A stretch of 64,000 nt of DNA from Amoebophrya sp. A120 (lineage: Eukaryota > Protista > Dinoflagellata). Below, piece by piece: positions 62,500 through 64,000 of the stretch; position 1 is the first letter of the stretch, and each line of letters opens with the position of its first letter. Position numbers and translations under genes: made by a program. Below the pieces are notes generated by a model, which was not told the origin of the DNA, searched no databases, and saw only the letters and a program-made list of their open reading frames with translations. The DNA lies in the NCBI GenBank assembly GCA_905178155.1, contig CAJINV010000007.1:2895151-2959150 (forward strand), read 5' to 3'.

Positions 62500-63961
62500 T
62501 CATTTTTCCCGGTCGTCTGTCGTGGATGTGCAGAAGAAACAGTCCTTGCCAAATTGTTTCTATCCCATGAAAAAGTGTATCAGTGTAACTTTTTTGGATG
62601 AGCAACATCACACAGTTCTTTCGAATGGCAGAGAAAAATTGCGCGCAAGAAGCACGTGAAATCTAGCCTGTGAAGATGCACATCCAGCATGACAAGTTCA
62701 GCTGTGGTACATTGCCCGCAACGCAAAGTTACACAAACACGGTTTTTTTCTTGCATAGTTCAATCATTTTTTGGCAGCATTTTGCCAAATTGCGGCAATC
62801 GTCGATCCCCGAGTGGTGCTCCCTGTCGTCTGCAAAAATGTCGCACTCGCACTTAGTGTCTGGCATGACAGATCCTCCTTTTAAACTGCAGCGCGACACA
62901 AGTCTTTTTTTCCATCTTCTTCGGAAAACTTGTCAATCATGCGATTTAGACCAAGCAAGTGCGATGCTTTTGCAATGCATACTTCCCCACGAGCGGCAAT
63001 TTCAGTTGGTCTAGCAGCTCTGTCATGCCCTTGGCCTTGCGCCCCGACGCGAGCTGGTATATGCTGCAGAAAAGTCACTCACCGCAGTCGTACAAGAAAA
63101 AATGTGCTGCGGTTTGCAATTTCAAAAGCTAAGCTCATTGTCATTGCGGCCGTTCAGTATGACAGGCTTTTTTGTTGCGAGTCTCGAACCGAAGGCTAGC
63201 ACTTTGGACGCATCAGATTCAAAAACTGCATTCTGCAAGACAGCAGGCTGTCTCTTGTCTAATGACGCAAATAGTAGAGCCACACAAATTTATATGAACT
63301 TGTCTTCTGGTATCAGAGCCAGTGCACTACTTTTCTGCAGGGCCGTACGATAGGCTTCTTTCACGTTGCACCAGTGTGTGATCACCTTCCGCGCTCTGTT
63401 TTTCGACGGAAACTGGCCTGCCGCCGCGAGGGCCAACTGTGACGGGAGGCAGGATCGGAAATCCCAGTCGCCGCAGGTGAGGAGCAAGCAGTTCGGAAAC
63501 CGGGGCATGAATTCCGCGAGCCAGCGGTTGGCCACTCGCAAAAAGGGGTCCGCGGCGTCGACCTGCGTTTGCGAGATTCCGGTCAGATGCGTGCAAAAGG
63601 GGGTTATCACCGGAAACCGGGTGGGCCTGACGTATTCGTGAAACTCCGCGACGGGCTCCAAAATGTCTCGCGTTTTTCCCTCCGGAGATAAAACTTCAGC
63701 TGAATCTGCTCCACATTCCGATGTCGTTGATGTGCGCTCAAACACGATATAATCATCCTCGCAATCTTCGTTCTCATGCTGCGCTTTCGTCGCAGCGACC
63801 TGCTTCCTTCGCAGTACCACCGTTGGAAACTCAATCACCTCGTTTACGAAGCCCGGAATCTGCCACTTCGGATCTGCCCAGGCCGGGTCTCGGTTGCCGT
63901 TCGGGATGCAGTTGCACTCGAAATCGACCACGGCTATGTATTCATAAGTTGGCACGGCCAA
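62500..63961 (-). CDS. ERI1-family DEDDh 3'-5' exoribonuclease (start probably beyond the window end)
   Basis: VVDFECNC, EVIEFP, FHEYVRP, FCTHLTGI.Q..VD.A, TCGDWD, then exons GMTELLDQLKLPLVG|KHHSGIDDCRN. Confidence 0.88.
62561..62757. mobile_element. Degenerate introner family E (197 nt)
   Basis: TATC..GAAAAAGTGTA..GTGTAACTTT / AAAGTTACAC..TTTTTC..ATA; decayed TSD GTTTC/GTTCA. Confidence 0.7.
62824..62981. mobile_element. Degenerate introner (158 nt)
   Basis: TGCAAAA...TCGCACT inverted at both ends; TSD CTCCC/CTTCC; removal restores VGKHHSG. Confidence 0.75.
63057..63347. mobile_element. Probable old introner
   Basis: CTGCAGAAAAGT / ACTTTTCTGCAG subterminal inverted repeat separating ERI1 exons; no recognisable TSD. 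Confidence 0.5.
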
Positions 63962-64000
63962 GTCGGGTTTCTCGTTTGGCTCTGCGCCTGTACAACTAGT

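Noticed and set aside
1-64000. tRNA, rRNA, snRNA or SL RNA genes
   Set aside because: None recognisable by eye; tRNAscan-SE/Infernal would be needed to exclude them

Overview
This is gene-dense eukaryotic DNA. The organism is most likely a parasitic dinoflagellate of the Amoebophrya/Syndiniales type, inferred from gene architecture only. All ~16 protein-coding genes I can reconstruct lie on the minus strand. They include a type I membrane protein with three repeats, a PTC7-like PP2C phosphatase, a RAD16-like SNF2/RING helicase with a PARP-type Zn finger, an RRM protein, Alba, an EEP-family enzyme, a pepsin-like protease, farnesyl/geranylgeranyl-transferase alpha, a CSTPP1-like protein, an XPG/Mkt1-like PIN protein and an ERI1-like exonuclease. 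About 25 MITE-like introner introns interrupt these genes. They fall into at least 6 families (mostly ~160-370 nt) and share TAT...ATA ends, terminal inverted repeats (TIRs), 5-bp target-site duplications (TSDs) and a recurring TGT(C/G/A)ATGC motif. Removing the element plus one TSD copy restores the reading frame. Almost none have GT-AG boundaries, and the same family occurs in both orientations relative to transcription. The most unusual structure is an 11.5-kb GT-AG intron (11239-22765) that splits the catalytic SDG motif of the PTC7-like gene and contains a whole ~2,700-aa intron-containing gene on the same strand. I also see a nested element inside an introner, a long one-ended introner at the window edge and a 1.56-kb foldback-like element in a protease intron. 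Gene models were spliced by eye, and no database search was run.
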